Source of the DNA: Sphingopyxis macrogoltabida
GTDB lineage: Bacteria; Pseudomonadota; Alphaproteobacteria; Sphingomonadales; Sphingomonadaceae
NCBI GenBank assembly: GCA_003241685.1
Contig: QFPJ01000011.1
Span: forward strand, 6,116 to 70,115
Direction: 5' to 3'
Length of the DNA stretch: 64,000 bases
Part shown: positions 10,350 through 20,823 of the stretch, in pieces
Layout of the letters: each line of letters begins with the position of its first letter
How positions within the stretch are numbered: position 1 is the first letter of the stretch
Position numbers and translations under genes: made by a program
The notes under the pieces: generated by a model
Told to the model about the DNA's origin: nothing
The model's input: the letters and a program-made list of their open reading frames with translations, nothing else
The model's database searches: none

Positions 10350-11792
10350 TCAGAGCAGCGGGCTGAGCATCGCGAGCAGATTCTGCCAGAATCGGCGCAC
10401 GGGCCCCGCGCGCGCCATGTCCGGCGTCACCGGATCGCAATCGGCGAGGTAGCTGTCCTGGCGGGCCCGGATTTCGGCCACGAACGCGGGATCGGCGAAC
10501 AGGATATTATTCTCGAAATTCAGCTCGAAACTGCGCCGGTCGAGATTGGCGGAGCCGATCAGCGCCACCGCGCCGTCGACGACCATCGTCTTGGCGTGCA
10601 GCAGGCCGGGACGATATTCGAACAGGCGGACGCCCGCGTCGATCAGGTCGGCATAATAGCTGCGGCTGGCGCCCGCGACGATGCGGCTGTCGTTGCGTTT
10701 GGGCAGGATCATCACCGTGTCGACACCGCGCCGCGCGCAATCGAGCAGCGCGAAGATCAATTGTTCGTCGGGCACGAAATAGGGGGTGGTGATGACGAGT
10801 TGGCGGCGCGCCGAATGGATCAGCGCGGTGAAACAGGCGGTCATCGCGGCATAGCGAACGTCCGGCCCCGTGCCGATGACCTGCGCGGCGATGCCGGGCT
10901 TTGCGACCGGCGGCGGTTCGGCCGCATCGCCCAGCAGATCGGTGATGTCGTCGCCATGTTCCGATTCCCAGTCGGCGGCGAAGATGAACTGGCAGTCGCG
11001 GACCACCGGCCCCTCCCAGCGGGTCATGATGTCCACCCAGGGCGCATATCGGGGCTTCACGCGAAATTCGGGATCGGCCAGATTCTGGCTGCCGCACCAG
11101 GCAATCCGGTTGTCGACGATAAGCTGCTTGCGGTGGTTGCGCAGGTCGAACCGGCCGCGCACCAGCGTCCAGAACAGTCCGCCGATGGGCAGGGCGATGC
11201 GCGCATCGACCCCCGCATTTTCAAGCTCGATCCAGTAAGCGGAGCGGATGAAGCCGCGCGAGCCCAGCGCATCGGCCAGCACCCGCACTTTCACGCCGCG
11301 CTTCGCGGCGCGGATCAGCGCGTTCTTGATCCGGAAGCCGTTATTGTCGGCGAGCCAGATGTAGAAACAGAGATGGACGGTCGATGTCGCGTTGTCGATA
11401 TCCTCGACCATCTCGCGGATCGCGGCATTGCCGTCCGCCGCCAGCGCCGCGCGATTGCCCGCGGTCGGGGGCAGGGCGTTGACGGTCTGGGCCAGTGCGA
11501 AGGGGGCGGCATAGGCGCCGCGCGCCAGCTTGCGGCGCAGCTCCGCATTGCCGCTGGGGTGCGGCAGATGGGCCTCGATCGCGCGATAACGCGCGCGGCG
11601 CTTGGCGCTGATTCGCGCCTCTCCGAGCAGCAGATAGGCGATGATCCCGCCGATCGGCACCGCCAGCGTCGCCATCAGCCAGGCGATGCGCGACGCCGGT
11701 TCGCGCTGGGGCCGCAGCATGATGCGCACGACGGTCAGCGCCAGCGCGAGCAGGAACAGCGTCGAAACGGCATGGGCGATGTCGAACCGCAT
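10350..11792 (-). CDS. cls: Cardiolipin synthase
   Basis: Two N-terminal TMs; two HKD motifs (NHRKQLIVD, LHAKTMVVD). Confidence 0.93.
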   Translation of the reverse strand: MRFDIAHAVSTLFLLALALTVVRIMLRPQREPASRIAWLMATLAVPIGGIIAYLLLGEARISAKRRARYRAIEAHLPHPSGNAELRRKLARGAYAAPFALAQTVNALPPTAGNRAALAADGNAAIREMVEDIDNATSTVHLCFYIWLADNNGFRIKNALIRAAKRGVKVRVLADALGSRGFIRSAYWIELENAGVDARIALPIGGLFWTLVRGRFDLRNHRKQLIVDNRIAWCGSQNLADPEFRVKPRYAPWVDIMTRWEGPVVRDCQFIFAADWESEHGDDITDLLGDAAEPPPVAKPGIAAQVIGTGPDVRYAAMTACFTALIHSARRQLVITTPYFVPDEQLIFALLDCARRGVDTVMILPKRNDSRIVAGASRSYYADLIDAGVRLFEYRPGLLHAKTMVVDGAVALIGSANLDRRSFELNFENNILFADPAFVAEIRARQDSYLADCDPVTPDMARAGPVRRFWQNLLAMLSPLL

Positions 11793-11842
11793 CGCCCGAC
11801 TTCACCCCTATTCGGGCCAGAATGCCAGTCGAAATCGTCGGG

Positions 11843-13036
11843 TCAGCCGCACCAGGGCAACTCGGCGTCGGCCTTGCAGCCCTGTTCGAGTATCTTTTCG
11901 GCGCGTGCGGTATCGACCGGCCCGCCTTCGCCCTTGGTCAGCATCGCGGCCAGATTGCCGCAGGCGCGGCCGTCGCCGGCGTTGCAGGCGCTGGCATAAT
12001 GGGTGCGCGCGGCGGCCGGATCGGCGGCGCCGCCCAACCCGCTCTGGAGCATGAGGCCCAGGTTGAAGCAGCCGGGGATCGCATCGATCGCGCACGCCTG
12101 GGCATAGACCCCGCGTGTCGCGGCCATGTCCACCGCGCCGCCGACTCCGGTGCGCATCATCTTGCCCAGCGACAGGCAAGCATCCTCGTCGCGCGCATCG
12201 CAGGCACGACCGTAAAAGCCGCGCGCTTCGGCGAGCGTATGGCCGGGTGCTTCGTCCGCCTCGATCATCTGCCCCAGCCGGAAACAGGATTCCGTCACAT
12301 TGCTGTCGCACGCGCTGGCATAGGCTTTCCAGGCCGCCGCCAGATCCTTGTCGCCGCCCACGCCCATGCGCAGGCGATAGGCGTATCGGTTGCACCCGGC
12401 GCCGGACCCGCCCTCGCACGCTGCGGCGAAGGCGCTGCGCGCCAGCGCGTCGTCGGCCGCGCCGCCGATGCCGAGCCGCGCCAGTTCGCCCAGGTTGAAA
12501 CAGCCGCTGACGCTGCCCGCCTTGCAGGCATGGCCATAGGCGATGCGGGCCGCGCCATCGTCCTGCGGCCCGCCCGCGCCATTGGCCAGCATGACGCCAT
12601 ATTGCTGGCAATAGGTGGCGTCATAGGTTTCGCACGCACTGCGAAACAGCGTCCGCGCCTCGACCAGATCGGCGGGCTTCGACGATGTGTCCAGTCGTCC
12701 GGCCAGGTTGGTGCAGCCGCTGGGAATGCCGCCCTCACAGGCCTTGCGATACATCGGCAGCGCGTCGTCGGGACGTTTGGCGCCATAAGTGCCGTTTTCA
12801 TACCCGAGCGCCAGGAAGTTGCAGGCATTGGCGTGACGCCCGCACAGTTCCTTCATCTGGCGTTCGCGCTCCGCCATGTCCTCGACCTTCAATATTTCGA
12901 ACATGCGGTCGTCGCCGCCCTCGATCGCCACGGGCCGGGGCGGGGCGACCGATTGGGCGCCCGCGGACGTCAGAAGGGGCAAAAACAAGGCGGAAAGAAA
13001 CAACAGGATCGGGCGCACGGGCAATCGTCTCCTCAT
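11843..13036 (-). CDS. Secreted cysteine-rich Sel1-like repeat protein
   Basis: Signal peptide; ~9 repeats of ~36 aa of form AC-x7-C-x2-LG...G.GG..D...A...Y; true start may be slightly downstream. Confidence 0.85.
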   Translation of the reverse strand: MRRRLPVRPILLFLSALFLPLLTSAGAQSVAPPRPVAIEGGDDRMFEILKVEDMAERERQMKELCGRHANACNFLALGYENGTYGAKRPDDALPMYRKACEGGIPSGCTNLAGRLDTSSKPADLVEARTLFRSACETYDATYCQQYGVMLANGAGGPQDDGAARIAYGHACKAGSVSGCFNLGELARLGIGGAADDALARSAFAAACEGGSGAGCNRYAYRLRMGVGGDKDLAAAWKAYASACDSNVTESCFRLGQMIEADEAPGHTLAEARGFYGRACDARDEDACLSLGKMMRTGVGGAVDMAATRGVYAQACAIDAIPGCFNLGLMLQSGLGGAADPAAARTHYASACNAGDGRACGNLAAMLTKGEGGPVDTARAEKILEQGCKADAELPWCG

Positions 13037-13056
13037 TCGGAGCGACCCTGAAAGGG

Positions 13057-13085
13057 CGGATAGCAGTGCCCGGCAGTCAGGTCAA
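13057..13085 (-). promoter_or_regulatory. Putative sigma70 promoter of Sel1 gene
   Basis: TTGACC-N17-TATCCG on minus strand. Confidence 0.45.
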
Positions 13086-13099
13086 AACCCGCACGATCG

Positions 13100-14050
13100 T
13101 CAGAATTCGTCGGCAACCCGCATCAGGCCCGCCAGCTTCCTTGGCGCGATCGCGAGCCAGCTTTTGCGCAGCCATTCGGCGATCGCGTCCCAGTCCGTAT
13201 CGCCCAGGTCGAGCCGGATGCCGATCCAGCCGTCGCCGAAATAGGCGGGGCGGTAATAGCGGTTCCCGTCGAGTTCGATAAGCTGCGCCTGCTCGTCGGC
13301 GCCGCTGATCTTGACCAGCAGCGCGATCTTGCCGTCGCCGTGATGATCCTCGGTGAAATAGGCGAATTTCTTGCCCTTCACGATCCCGAAACAGGGCATG
13401 CCGTGCGACAGCACCTCGTCGCTTTCGGGCAGGGCCAGCGCCAGATCACGGACCCGGCCGCGTAGATAGTCGGGCGACCGTTCGCGGGACACGAAAGCGG
13501 CCAGCGTCGGGGGATAGAGTTGATGTTCGGCAAAGCGGACGCGTTCGGCCAGCGTTTCCGCCGTGTCGCCGGCAAGGATCGCGACCGGCGTCTGGGCCAG
13601 CACCGGGCCGTCGTCCAGCGCGGGGGTGACGATATGGACGCTGCAGCCGCCGAATCCGTCGCCCGCCTCGATCGCCTGCCGGTGCGTGTCGAGACCCTTG
13701 TACAGCGGCAGCAGGCTGGGGTGGATGTTCAGCATCCGGCCGGCCCAGCGCGCGACGAAATCGTCCGACAGGATGCGCATATAGCCCGCCAGTGCGACAT
13801 AGTCGGCGCGCGCGTCGCGCAATTGCGCGTCGACCAGCGCGTCGAACGCGTCGCGCGTCATGCCCTTGTGCGGGTGCGACCAGGTCGCAACGCCTTCCGC
13901 CGCCGCAATCGACAGGCCGGGCGCCCGTGGGTCGTTGCTGGCGACCAGCACCAGTTCATAGGGGCATGTCGCAGCTTTGGAGGCATAGAGCAGCGCCGCC
14001 ATATTGGTGCCGGCGCCGGAGATCAGAACGGCGACCCGCGCCTTAGCCAT
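13100..14050 (-). CDS. purN: GAR formyltransferase with C-terminal MmcQ/YjbR-like domain
   Basis: [30 protein letters not shown]; extra ~125 aa (LALPE...SHGMPCF...KKFA...[13 protein letters not shown]...W). Confidence 0.93.
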   Translation of the reverse strand: MAKARVAVLISGAGTNMAALLYASKAATCPYELVLVASNDPRAPGLSIAAAEGVATWSHPHKGMTRDAFDALVDAQLRDARADYVALAGYMRILSDDFVARWAGRMLNIHPSLLPLYKGLDTHRQAIEAGDGFGGCSVHIVTPALDDGPVLAQTPVAILAGDTAETLAERVRFAEHQLYPPTLAAFVSRERSPDYLRGRVRDLALALPESDEVLSHGMPCFGIVKGKKFAYFTEDHHGDGKIALLVKISGADEQAQLIELDGNRYYRPAYFGDGWIGIRLDLGDTDWDAIAEWLRKSWLAIAPRKLAGLMRVADEF

Positions 14051-15149
14051 TATGTGTTGCCGACCAGGCCGCCATCGCGCTCCACGTCTCGGGCCCGCCG
14101 CTGACGGTGCAGCCCTTTGCGCCCTCCGCGATATGGCCGATGCGGTGCACCGTCTCGCCCGAGGCTTCGAGCGCGGCCGTCACCTCGGCGACGTCGCTTT
14201 CGGCCACCACGACCGCCATGCCGATGCCGCAGTTGAAGGTACGCGCCATCTCCTCGGGCTCGATATGGCCCTGGGCCTGCAGGAACGCCATCAAACGCGG
14301 CTGTTCCCATGCGTCGGCATCGACATGGGCATGGAGCGTCTTTGGCAGCACGCGCGGGATATTTTCCAGCAGACCGCCGCCCGTGATATGCGCCAGTGCG
14401 TGGATCTTCCCGGTCTTCACCAGCGGAAGCAGGCTCTTCACATAGATGCGCGTCGGCGCCATCAGCGCGTCGATCAGCAGGATATTCTGGTCGAACAGCG
14501 CCGGCCGGTCGAGCTTCCAGCCCTTGTCCGCGGCCAGCCGCCGGACGAGCGAGAAGCCGTTCGAATGGACGCCCGACGACGCAAGGCCCAGGATGACGTC
14601 CCCGGCGGCGACCTTGTCGGCGGTCAGCACCTGGTCGCGCTCGACCGCGCCGACGCAGAAGCCCGCGAGGTCGTAGTCGCCGTCGGAATACATGCCGGGC
14701 ATTTCGGCGGTCTCGCCGCCGATCAGCGCGCAGCCGGCCAGCTTGCAACCCTCGGCGATGCTTGCCACGACGTCGGTCGCGACGGCGTTGTCGAGCTTGC
14801 CCGTGGCATAATAATCCAGGAAAAACAGCGGCTCGGCGCCCTGAACGATCAGGTCGTTGGCGCACATCGCGACCAGGTCGATGCCGACGCCGCCATGCTT
14901 GCCCGATTCGATCGCCAACTTCAGCTTGGTGCCGACGCCGTCGTTCGCCGCGACGAGCAGGGGGTCGTGGAACCCCGCCGCCTTCAGGTCGAAAAAGCCG
15001 CCGAAGCCGCCCAGGTCGGCATCTGCGCCGGGACGGCGCGTCGCGCGGGCGAGCGGGGCGATGGCACGGACCAGCGCATTGCCGGTTTCGATCGAGACGC
15101 CGGCCCCGGCATAAGTATAGGGTGCGGGTTGGTTGTGCTTGGAATCCAT
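14043..15149 (-). CDS. purM: AIR synthetase
   Basis: [29 protein letters not shown]. Confidence 0.97.
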   Translation of the reverse strand: MDSKHNQPAPYTYAGAGVSIETGNALVRAIAPLARATRRPGADADLGGFGGFFDLKAAGFHDPLLVAANDGVGTKLKLAIESGKHGGVGIDLVAMCANDLIVQGAEPLFFLDYYATGKLDNAVATDVVASIAEGCKLAGCALIGGETAEMPGMYSDGDYDLAGFCVGAVERDQVLTADKVAAGDVILGLASSGVHSNGFSLVRRLAADKGWKLDRPALFDQNILLIDALMAPTRIYVKSLLPLVKTGKIHALAHITGGGLLENIPRVLPKTLHAHVDADAWEQPRLMAFLQAQGHIEPEEMARTFNCGIGMAVVVAESDVAEVTAALEASGETVHRIGHIAEGAKGCTVSGGPETWSAMAAWSATHNG

Positions 15150-15234
15150 GGCCAGCGCGCCTAACGGTTCCGGCGGATAATTTCCATGATTTCCTTGTCC
15201 GGGCGCGCGCTTTTGGGCAGAGCATAGAGAAGAT

Positions 15235-16506
15235 ATGACGTCGGCCGCTTTCCCCCGCTTCGTTCCGAGCTTCGCCCTCGACGCTCCGCAAGGCCGCCGC
15301 TGGCGCTGGGCCGCGCTGTTCGCCCTGTTCTTCGCGGTCCTGATCGTCGGTATCGTTCAGGGGCAGGTCAGCCGCGGCGACCGCGGCATCACCCCGATCA
15401 ACAGCAGCGGCGATTTTCTGGCGAGCGGCATATCCGTCGACGTGACCGGCGATAGCGCCGACGACGCGCGGACCAAGGGCTGGCGCGAGGCGCAGCGGCA
15501 GGGCTGGGCCCAGCTGTATCGGCGCCTGAACGGCAGCGACGCCCCGGCGCTCAACGATTCGGTGCTCGACGGCATCGTGACCGCGATCGTGGTGGAGCAT
15601 GAACAGATCGGTCCGCGCCGCTATGTCGCGCGGCTCGGCGTCCAGTTCGATCGCGTGCGTGCCGGACAGATATTGGGCGTCAGCGGCCGGACGCTGCGCT
15701 CGCCGCCGCTGCTCGTCATCCCCGTCTATTCGATCGACGGCATCCAGCAGGTCTTTGAACAGCGCAGCGCGTGGCAGCGCGCCTGGGCCGAATATAATAC
15801 CGGCCAGAGCGCGATCGATTATGTGCGGACGGCGGGCACCGGCGCCGACACCTTGCTGCTGAATGCCGGCCAGACCGGGCGGCGCGGGCGCGTCTGGTGG
15901 CGCGTGATCCTCGATCAATATGGCGCGGCGGATGTGCTGATTCCCATCGCGCGCGTCGAATATAGCTATCCCGGCGGTCCCGTGACCGGCCATTTCGCCG
16001 CGCGCTTCGGCCCCGACAACAAGCTGATCGACAGCTTCACGATGACCGCGCCGTCGGCGGCGGCGATTCCCGACATGATGGAAAAGGCGGTCGCGCGCGT
16101 GGACCGCATCTATATCGACGCGTTGGCGGCGGGAACGCTGCGGACCGACACCTATCTGGTCCTCGAAAAGCCGGTGGAGAAGGTCGATCTGCCCGAAGAG
16201 ACGATCGGCGAAGGCGATGTGTTGCCGAGCGAGACCGATACCAGCGTGCCGACCGCGGCCCCGACCGGGACGCAGAGCTTCACGGTCCAGTATAATTCGC
16301 CCGACGTCGAATCGGTGTCGGCGACCGAGCGGACCATTGCCGGGATCGCCGGGGTGCAGTCGGCCTCCACCACCAGCCTCGCGCTGGGCGGCACGTCCGT
16401 CATGCGCGTGACTTTCCGCGGCGATATCGCCGCGCTGCGCGCCGCGCTCGCCGCGCGGGGCTATACGGTGCAGGAAGGCGGCGGCCAGCTGCGGATCAGC
16501 CGCTGA
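15235..16506 (+). CDS. Exported protein conserved upstream of hdaA (DUF2066-like)
   Basis: N-terminal TM/signal; VDVT...DAR..GW.EAQ; position between purM and hdaA. Confidence 0.65.
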   Translation: MTSAAFPRFVPSFALDAPQGRRWRWAALFALFFAVLIVGIVQGQVSRGDRGITPINSSGDFLASGISVDVTGDSADDARTKGWREAQRQGWAQLYRRLNGSDAPALNDSVLDGIVTAIVVEHEQIGPRRYVARLGVQFDRVRAGQILGVSGRTLRSPPLLVIPVYSIDGIQQVFEQRSAWQRAWAEYNTGQSAIDYVRTAGTGADTLLLNAGQTGRRGRVWWRVILDQYGAADVLIPIARVEYSYPGGPVTGHFAARFGPDNKLIDSFTMTAPSAAAIPDMMEKAVARVDRIYIDALAAGTLRTDTYLVLEKPVEKVDLPEETIGEGDVLPSETDTSVPTAAPTGTQSFTVQYNSPDVESVSATERTIAGIAGVQSASTTSLALGGTSVMRVTFRGDIAALRAALAARGYTVQEGGGQLRISR

Positions 16507-17162
16507 TGGCGCGCGCATCGGGACAGATCGCGCTGCCGCTCGACTGGAGCGCGGGCGGCAACGGCGACGCGCCTCTGGTCGTTGGGGCCAGCAATGCCGA
16601 AGCCATACGATATCTGCGGCATACCGACGCCTGGCCGGTGCGGACGGCGGTGCTGGTCGGTCCGCCGGGATCGGGCAAGAGCCTGATCGGCCGCCTGTTC
16701 GCCGCCGAAACCGGCGGCCGCGTGATCGATGGCCCGCGCAGCGTCGATGAAGAGGCGATGTTCCATGCCTGGAATGCGGCGCAGGCATCGGGCACGCCGT
16801 TGCTGATCGTCGCCGACGCGCCGCCGGCGGCGTGGCGGGTGGCGCTGCCCGATCTCGCTTCGCGGCTGGCCGCCGTGCCGGTGCTGACGATCAGCGAGCC
16901 CGACGATTGCCTGGCCCGCGACCTGATCGAATCCCTGTTCGCGCAGCGCGGCATGGCGCTGGCGCCGGAAGTCGCGTCCTACATCGTCCCGCGCATGGAG
17001 CGGACATATGCGATGATCCACAAAATCGTCGCCGCGCTCGACGTCGCCTCGCTCGAACAGGGGCGCCGCGTCGGCATCCGTCTCGCGCGTGAAACATTGC
17101 TGTCACAAGGGCTGATCGACCCCGATCTCCCTGAAAGGCAGGATGCTCCCAAATGTCGCTGA
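16506..17162 (+). CDS. hdaA: HdaA, DnaA regulatory inactivator
   Basis: Clamp-binding QIALPL, Walker A GPPGSGKS, PDLASRL, EPDD. Confidence 0.85.
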   Translation: MARASGQIALPLDWSAGGNGDAPLVVGASNAEAIRYLRHTDAWPVRTAVLVGPPGSGKSLIGRLFAAETGGRVIDGPRSVDEEAMFHAWNAAQASGTPLLIVADAPPAAWRVALPDLASRLAAVPVLTISEPDDCLARDLIESLFAQRGMALAPEVASYIVPRMERTYAMIHKIVAALDVASLEQGRRVGIRLARETLLSQGLIDPDLPERQDAPKCR

Positions 17163-19324
17163 CCGAACCATTGCTCCCGACCGATAATGAACCGGCACGC
17201 CCGCTGTTCGACCGAAGCAGCTCCGATCGTTTTTTCAACCGGGAACTAAGCTGGCTCGCCTTCAACCGGCGAGTGATGGAGGAAGCGCGCAACCCCGCGC
17301 ATCCGCTGCTCGAACGGCTGCGCTTCCTGTCCATCTCGGGCAGCAATCTCGATGAATTCTTCATGGTGCGCGTCGCGGGCCTGAAGGGGCAGCAGCTTCA
17401 GGGCATCGACGATCCGTCGGCCGACGGCCGCTCGCCCGGCCAGCAGCTTGCCGAGATCGAGGCCGAGGTGAACCGTCTTGTCGATCAGCAGCAGAGCGAG
17501 TGGCAGCGGCTGCACGCATTGCTGGGCGAGCAGGGGATTGCCGTTCACGGCAGCGGGTCCGACAAGGCGGCGTTGCGCGCCGCGCTTCGCCAATATTTCA
17601 TCGAGCAGATATTCCCGATCCTGACCCCGCAGGTGCTCGACCCCGCGCATCCATTCCCCTTCATTCCGAATCGCGGCGTCGGGGTGATCTTCGACTTGCA
17701 GCGCAAGGCGTCGGGCGACACGGTGCGCGAACTGGTGATGATTCCGCCGTCGCTGCCGCGCTTCGTGCCCGTGCCGGGCGAGGCGAGCGCCTTCGTGCCG
17801 ATCGAATATCTGATCGAGATTTTCGGCGACCTTCTGTTCCCGGGTTTCACCATTCGCGCCATCGGCGTGTTCCGCATCATCCGCGACAGCGACATCGAAC
17901 TGGAAGAAGAGGCGGAGGATCTGGTGCGTCTGTTCCGCACCGCGATCCGCCGCCGCCGGCGCGGGCGGGTGATCCTGATGGAACTGGAGGCCGACATGCC
18001 GGCCGAACTGGCGGCCGTGCTCAACGCCGATATTCAGGGGCATGAGGCGATCGTCGCCAAGATCGAGGGCTTTGTGGGGCTGGCGGCCCTGTCGGCGCTG
18101 GTCGATGTCGACCGGCCCGACCTCAAATTCCCATCCTATTCGCCGCGCTTTCCGGAGCGCATTCGCGAACATGGCGGCGATTGTTTTGCGGCGATCCGGT
18201 CGAAGGACATCGTCGTCCATCATCCCTATGAAAGTTTCGACGTCGTCGTGTCCTTTCTGCGCCAAGCCGCGGCGGACCCCGATGTTGTGGCGATCAAGCA
18301 GACGCTGTACCGCGCCGGCAATCAGTCGCCCGTTATTCGCGCGCTGATCGAGGCGGCGGAGGCAGGCAAGTCGGTCACGGCGGTGGTCGAACTGAAGGCG
18401 CGATTCGACGAGGAACAGAATCTGCTGTGGGCGACGCAGCTCGAGCGCGCCGGGGTGCAGGTCGTCTATGGCTTCATCGAATGGAAGACCCACGCCAAGA
18501 TTTCGATGGTCGTGCGCCGCGAAGGGCAGGGCTACCGCACCTATTGCCACTTCGGCACCGGCAATTACCATCCGGTGACGGCGCGCATCTATACCGATCT
18601 CAGCTTCTTTACCGCCGATCCGCGGGCAGGGCGCGACGCGGCGCAGTTGTTCAACTACATCACCGGCTATGTCGAGCCCGAACGGCTGGAACTGGTGACG
18701 ATGTCGCCGCTGAACATGCGTCAGCATCTGTGCGATCTGGTCGATGCCGAGATCGCGGCCGCAAAGGCGGGCCGGCCGTCGGGCCTGTGGGCCAAGATGA
18801 ACAGCCTGGTCGACCCCGGCATCATCGACAAGCTATACGAGGCGAGCGCGGCGGGCGTACCCGTCGAACTGATCGTGCGCGGCATCTGTTGCCTGCGCCC
18901 CGGCGTGCCCGGCCTGTCGGAAACGATCCGCGTCAAGTCGATCGTCGGGCGCTTTCTGGAACACAGCCGCATCTGGGCCTTTGCCAATGGCGCGCGCCTG
19001 CCGCACAGCGGTGCGAAGCTGTATATTTCCAGCGCCGACTGGATGCCGCGCAATTTCGACCGCCGGGTCGAATATATGATCCCGATCGAAAATCCGACGG
19101 TGCACGACCAGATTCTCGATCAGGTGCTGGTCGCCAATCTGATCGACAATGAACAAAGCTGGATATTGCAACCGGACGGAACCTATGTGCGGGTGGCACC
19201 CGGCGACAAGCCGTTCAACCTGCATCATTATTTCATGAACAATCCCTCGCTGTCGGGGCGCGGGACCGCGCTGCACGAACAGCAGGATGTTCCGACGCTG
19301 GCCTTCACCACCCGCGAGGTTTGA
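17153..19324 (+). CDS. ppk1: Polyphosphate kinase 1
   Basis: NRELSWL, SNLDEFFMVR, HHPYESF, GTGNY, RFLEHSR. Confidence 0.97.
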   Translation: MSLTEPLLPTDNEPARPLFDRSSSDRFFNRELSWLAFNRRVMEEARNPAHPLLERLRFLSISGSNLDEFFMVRVAGLKGQQLQGIDDPSADGRSPGQQLAEIEAEVNRLVDQQQSEWQRLHALLGEQGIAVHGSGSDKAALRAALRQYFIEQIFPILTPQVLDPAHPFPFIPNRGVGVIFDLQRKASGDTVRELVMIPPSLPRFVPVPGEASAFVPIEYLIEIFGDLLFPGFTIRAIGVFRIIRDSDIELEEEAEDLVRLFRTAIRRRRRGRVILMELEADMPAELAAVLNADIQGHEAIVAKIEGFVGLAALSALVDVDRPDLKFPSYSPRFPERIREHGGDCFAAIRSKDIVVHHPYESFDVVVSFLRQAAADPDVVAIKQTLYRAGNQSPVIRALIEAAEAGKSVTAVVELKARFDEEQNLLWATQLERAGVQVVYGFIEWKTHAKISMVVRREGQGYRTYCHFGTGNYHPVTARIYTDLSFFTADPRAGRDAAQLFNYITGYVEPERLELVTMSPLNMRQHLCDLVDAEIAAAKAGRPSGLWAKMNSLVDPGIIDKLYEASAAGVPVELIVRGICCLRPGVPGLSETIRVKSIVGRFLEHSRIWAFANGARLPHSGAKLYISSADWMPRNFDRRVEYMIPIENPTVHDQILDQVLVANLIDNEQSWILQPDGTYVRVAPGDKPFNLHHYFMNNPSLSGRGTALHEQQDVPTLAFTTREV

Positions 19325-19330
19325 CGAATT

Positions 19331-20815
19331 TTGGCGTTATCCCGTTCATCGAAGCAGGCGACCCATCGGTCCGCCGTCATCGACATCGGTTCCAATTCGG
19401 TGCGGATCGTCGTTTATGAAGGACCGGCCCGCGCGCCCGCGGTCATCTTCAACGAAAAGGTCGCGGCGGGCCTGGGACGCGGGCTGTCGGTCGATGGCCG
19501 CATCGCGCCGGAGGATGCCGAACGCGGGCTGACCGCGCTGCGCCGCTATGCGCTGCTGGCGCAGCACATGCAGGTCAAGGATTTGCAATGCGTCGCCACG
19601 GCCGCGGTGCGCGATGCGACCAACGGCGGCGATTTTCTGGCCGGGGCTGCGGAAGCGGGACTGAAAATCCGGCTGCTGTCGGGCGAGGAGGAGGCGGAAG
19701 CGTCCGGCTGCGGCGTGCTGGCCGCGATTCCCGACGCGCGCGGCATTGCCGTCGACCTGGGCGGCGGCAGCCTGGAACTGGCCGAAGTGGCAAATGGCAC
19801 CGTCGGGCGCCGCGCGTCCTTTCCGCTTGGCGTGCTGCGGCTTCCGGCGCTGCGCAAGGACGGTCGCCAGCCGTTCGAACGCGCGGTGCGCAAGATGCTG
19901 AAGGACGCGGGCTGGCCCGGCGCCATGGCCGGCATGCCGCTCTATCTGGTGGGCGGGTCGTGGCGCGCGCTGTCGCGCCTAGACCTGGAAATTACGCGCG
20001 ATCCGCTGGCCGTGCTCGACCAGCACAGCTTGCCCCGCGCCGCGCTGCGCCGTCTGCTCCGCGCGACGAAGCGGATGAGCTTCGAGGAGTTGAAGGCGAT
20101 TCCCGGCATGGCGTCGAACCGCGCCGCGACCTTGCCCGATGCGGCCGAGTTGCTGGCCGCGCTGGTCAACATCATCGACGCGCCCGAAATGACGGTATCC
20201 TCGTCGGGGCTGCGCGAAGGGCTGCTCTATCAGGCGCTCGACCCGGCGACGCAGGCGCAGGACCCGCTGATCGTGGCGGCCGAATTCGAAGGCCGCAGGC
20301 TCGCCCGCTTTGCCCCCCACGGCCGCGCCATCGCCGACTGGATCGCGCCGCTGTTCGCGCAGGAAGCCGTCGCCGACAGCCGCATCCGCCTGGCGGCCAG
20401 CCTGCTGAGCGACGTTGCCTGGTCGGCGAACCCCGATTTTCGCGCCGAGCGCGGCACCGAGATCGGCCTGCACGGCAATTGGCGCGGCATCGATATTCCG
20501 GGCCGCATCCTGCTCGCCCGCGCGTTGCACGCCGGGTTCGGCGGCGCGGACGGCGATTTTCCGGCGATGGGCACGCTCGTCAGCGTCGAACGGCTGGCGC
20601 GGGCGCGGCAATGGGGGCTGGCGATCCGCCTCGCACAGCGACTGACCGGCGGCGTCGAGGCGCCGCTGCGCGCGAGTTCGATTGCGTTGGAGGACGGCAG
20701 GCTGCGGCTCAGCCTCGATCCCGGCTGGCATCATCTGGCCGGCGAATCGGTCGAACGCCGTCTGAAAGCGCTCGCGCAGACGCTGGAAGCGAAACCGGAA
20801 ATGCTGCTGCGCTAA
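19331..20815 (+). CDS. ppx: Ppx/GppA exopolyphosphatase (TTG start)
   Basis: IDIGSNS, ATAAVR, DLGGGSLE, GLREG. Confidence 0.93.
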   Translation: MALSRSSKQATHRSAVIDIGSNSVRIVVYEGPARAPAVIFNEKVAAGLGRGLSVDGRIAPEDAERGLTALRRYALLAQHMQVKDLQCVATAAVRDATNGGDFLAGAAEAGLKIRLLSGEEEAEASGCGVLAAIPDARGIAVDLGGGSLELAEVANGTVGRRASFPLGVLRLPALRKDGRQPFERAVRKMLKDAGWPGAMAGMPLYLVGGSWRALSRLDLEITRDPLAVLDQHSLPRAALRRLLRATKRMSFEELKAIPGMASNRAATLPDAAELLAALVNIIDAPEMTVSSSGLREGLLYQALDPATQAQDPLIVAAEFEGRRLARFAPHGRAIADWIAPLFAQEAVADSRIRLAASLLSDVAWSANPDFRAERGTEIGLHGNWRGIDIPGRILLARALHAGFGGADGDFPAMGTLVSVERLARARQWGLAIRLAQRLTGGVEAPLRASSIALEDGRLRLSLDPGWHHLAGESVERRLKALAQTLEAKPEMLLR

Positions 20816-20823
20816 AGGGCGTG

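Noticed and set aside
11843..13036. Repetitive DNA as a possible CRISPR array
   Set aside because: Repeats are degenerate protein-coding Sel1 units with no identical repeat-spacer pattern
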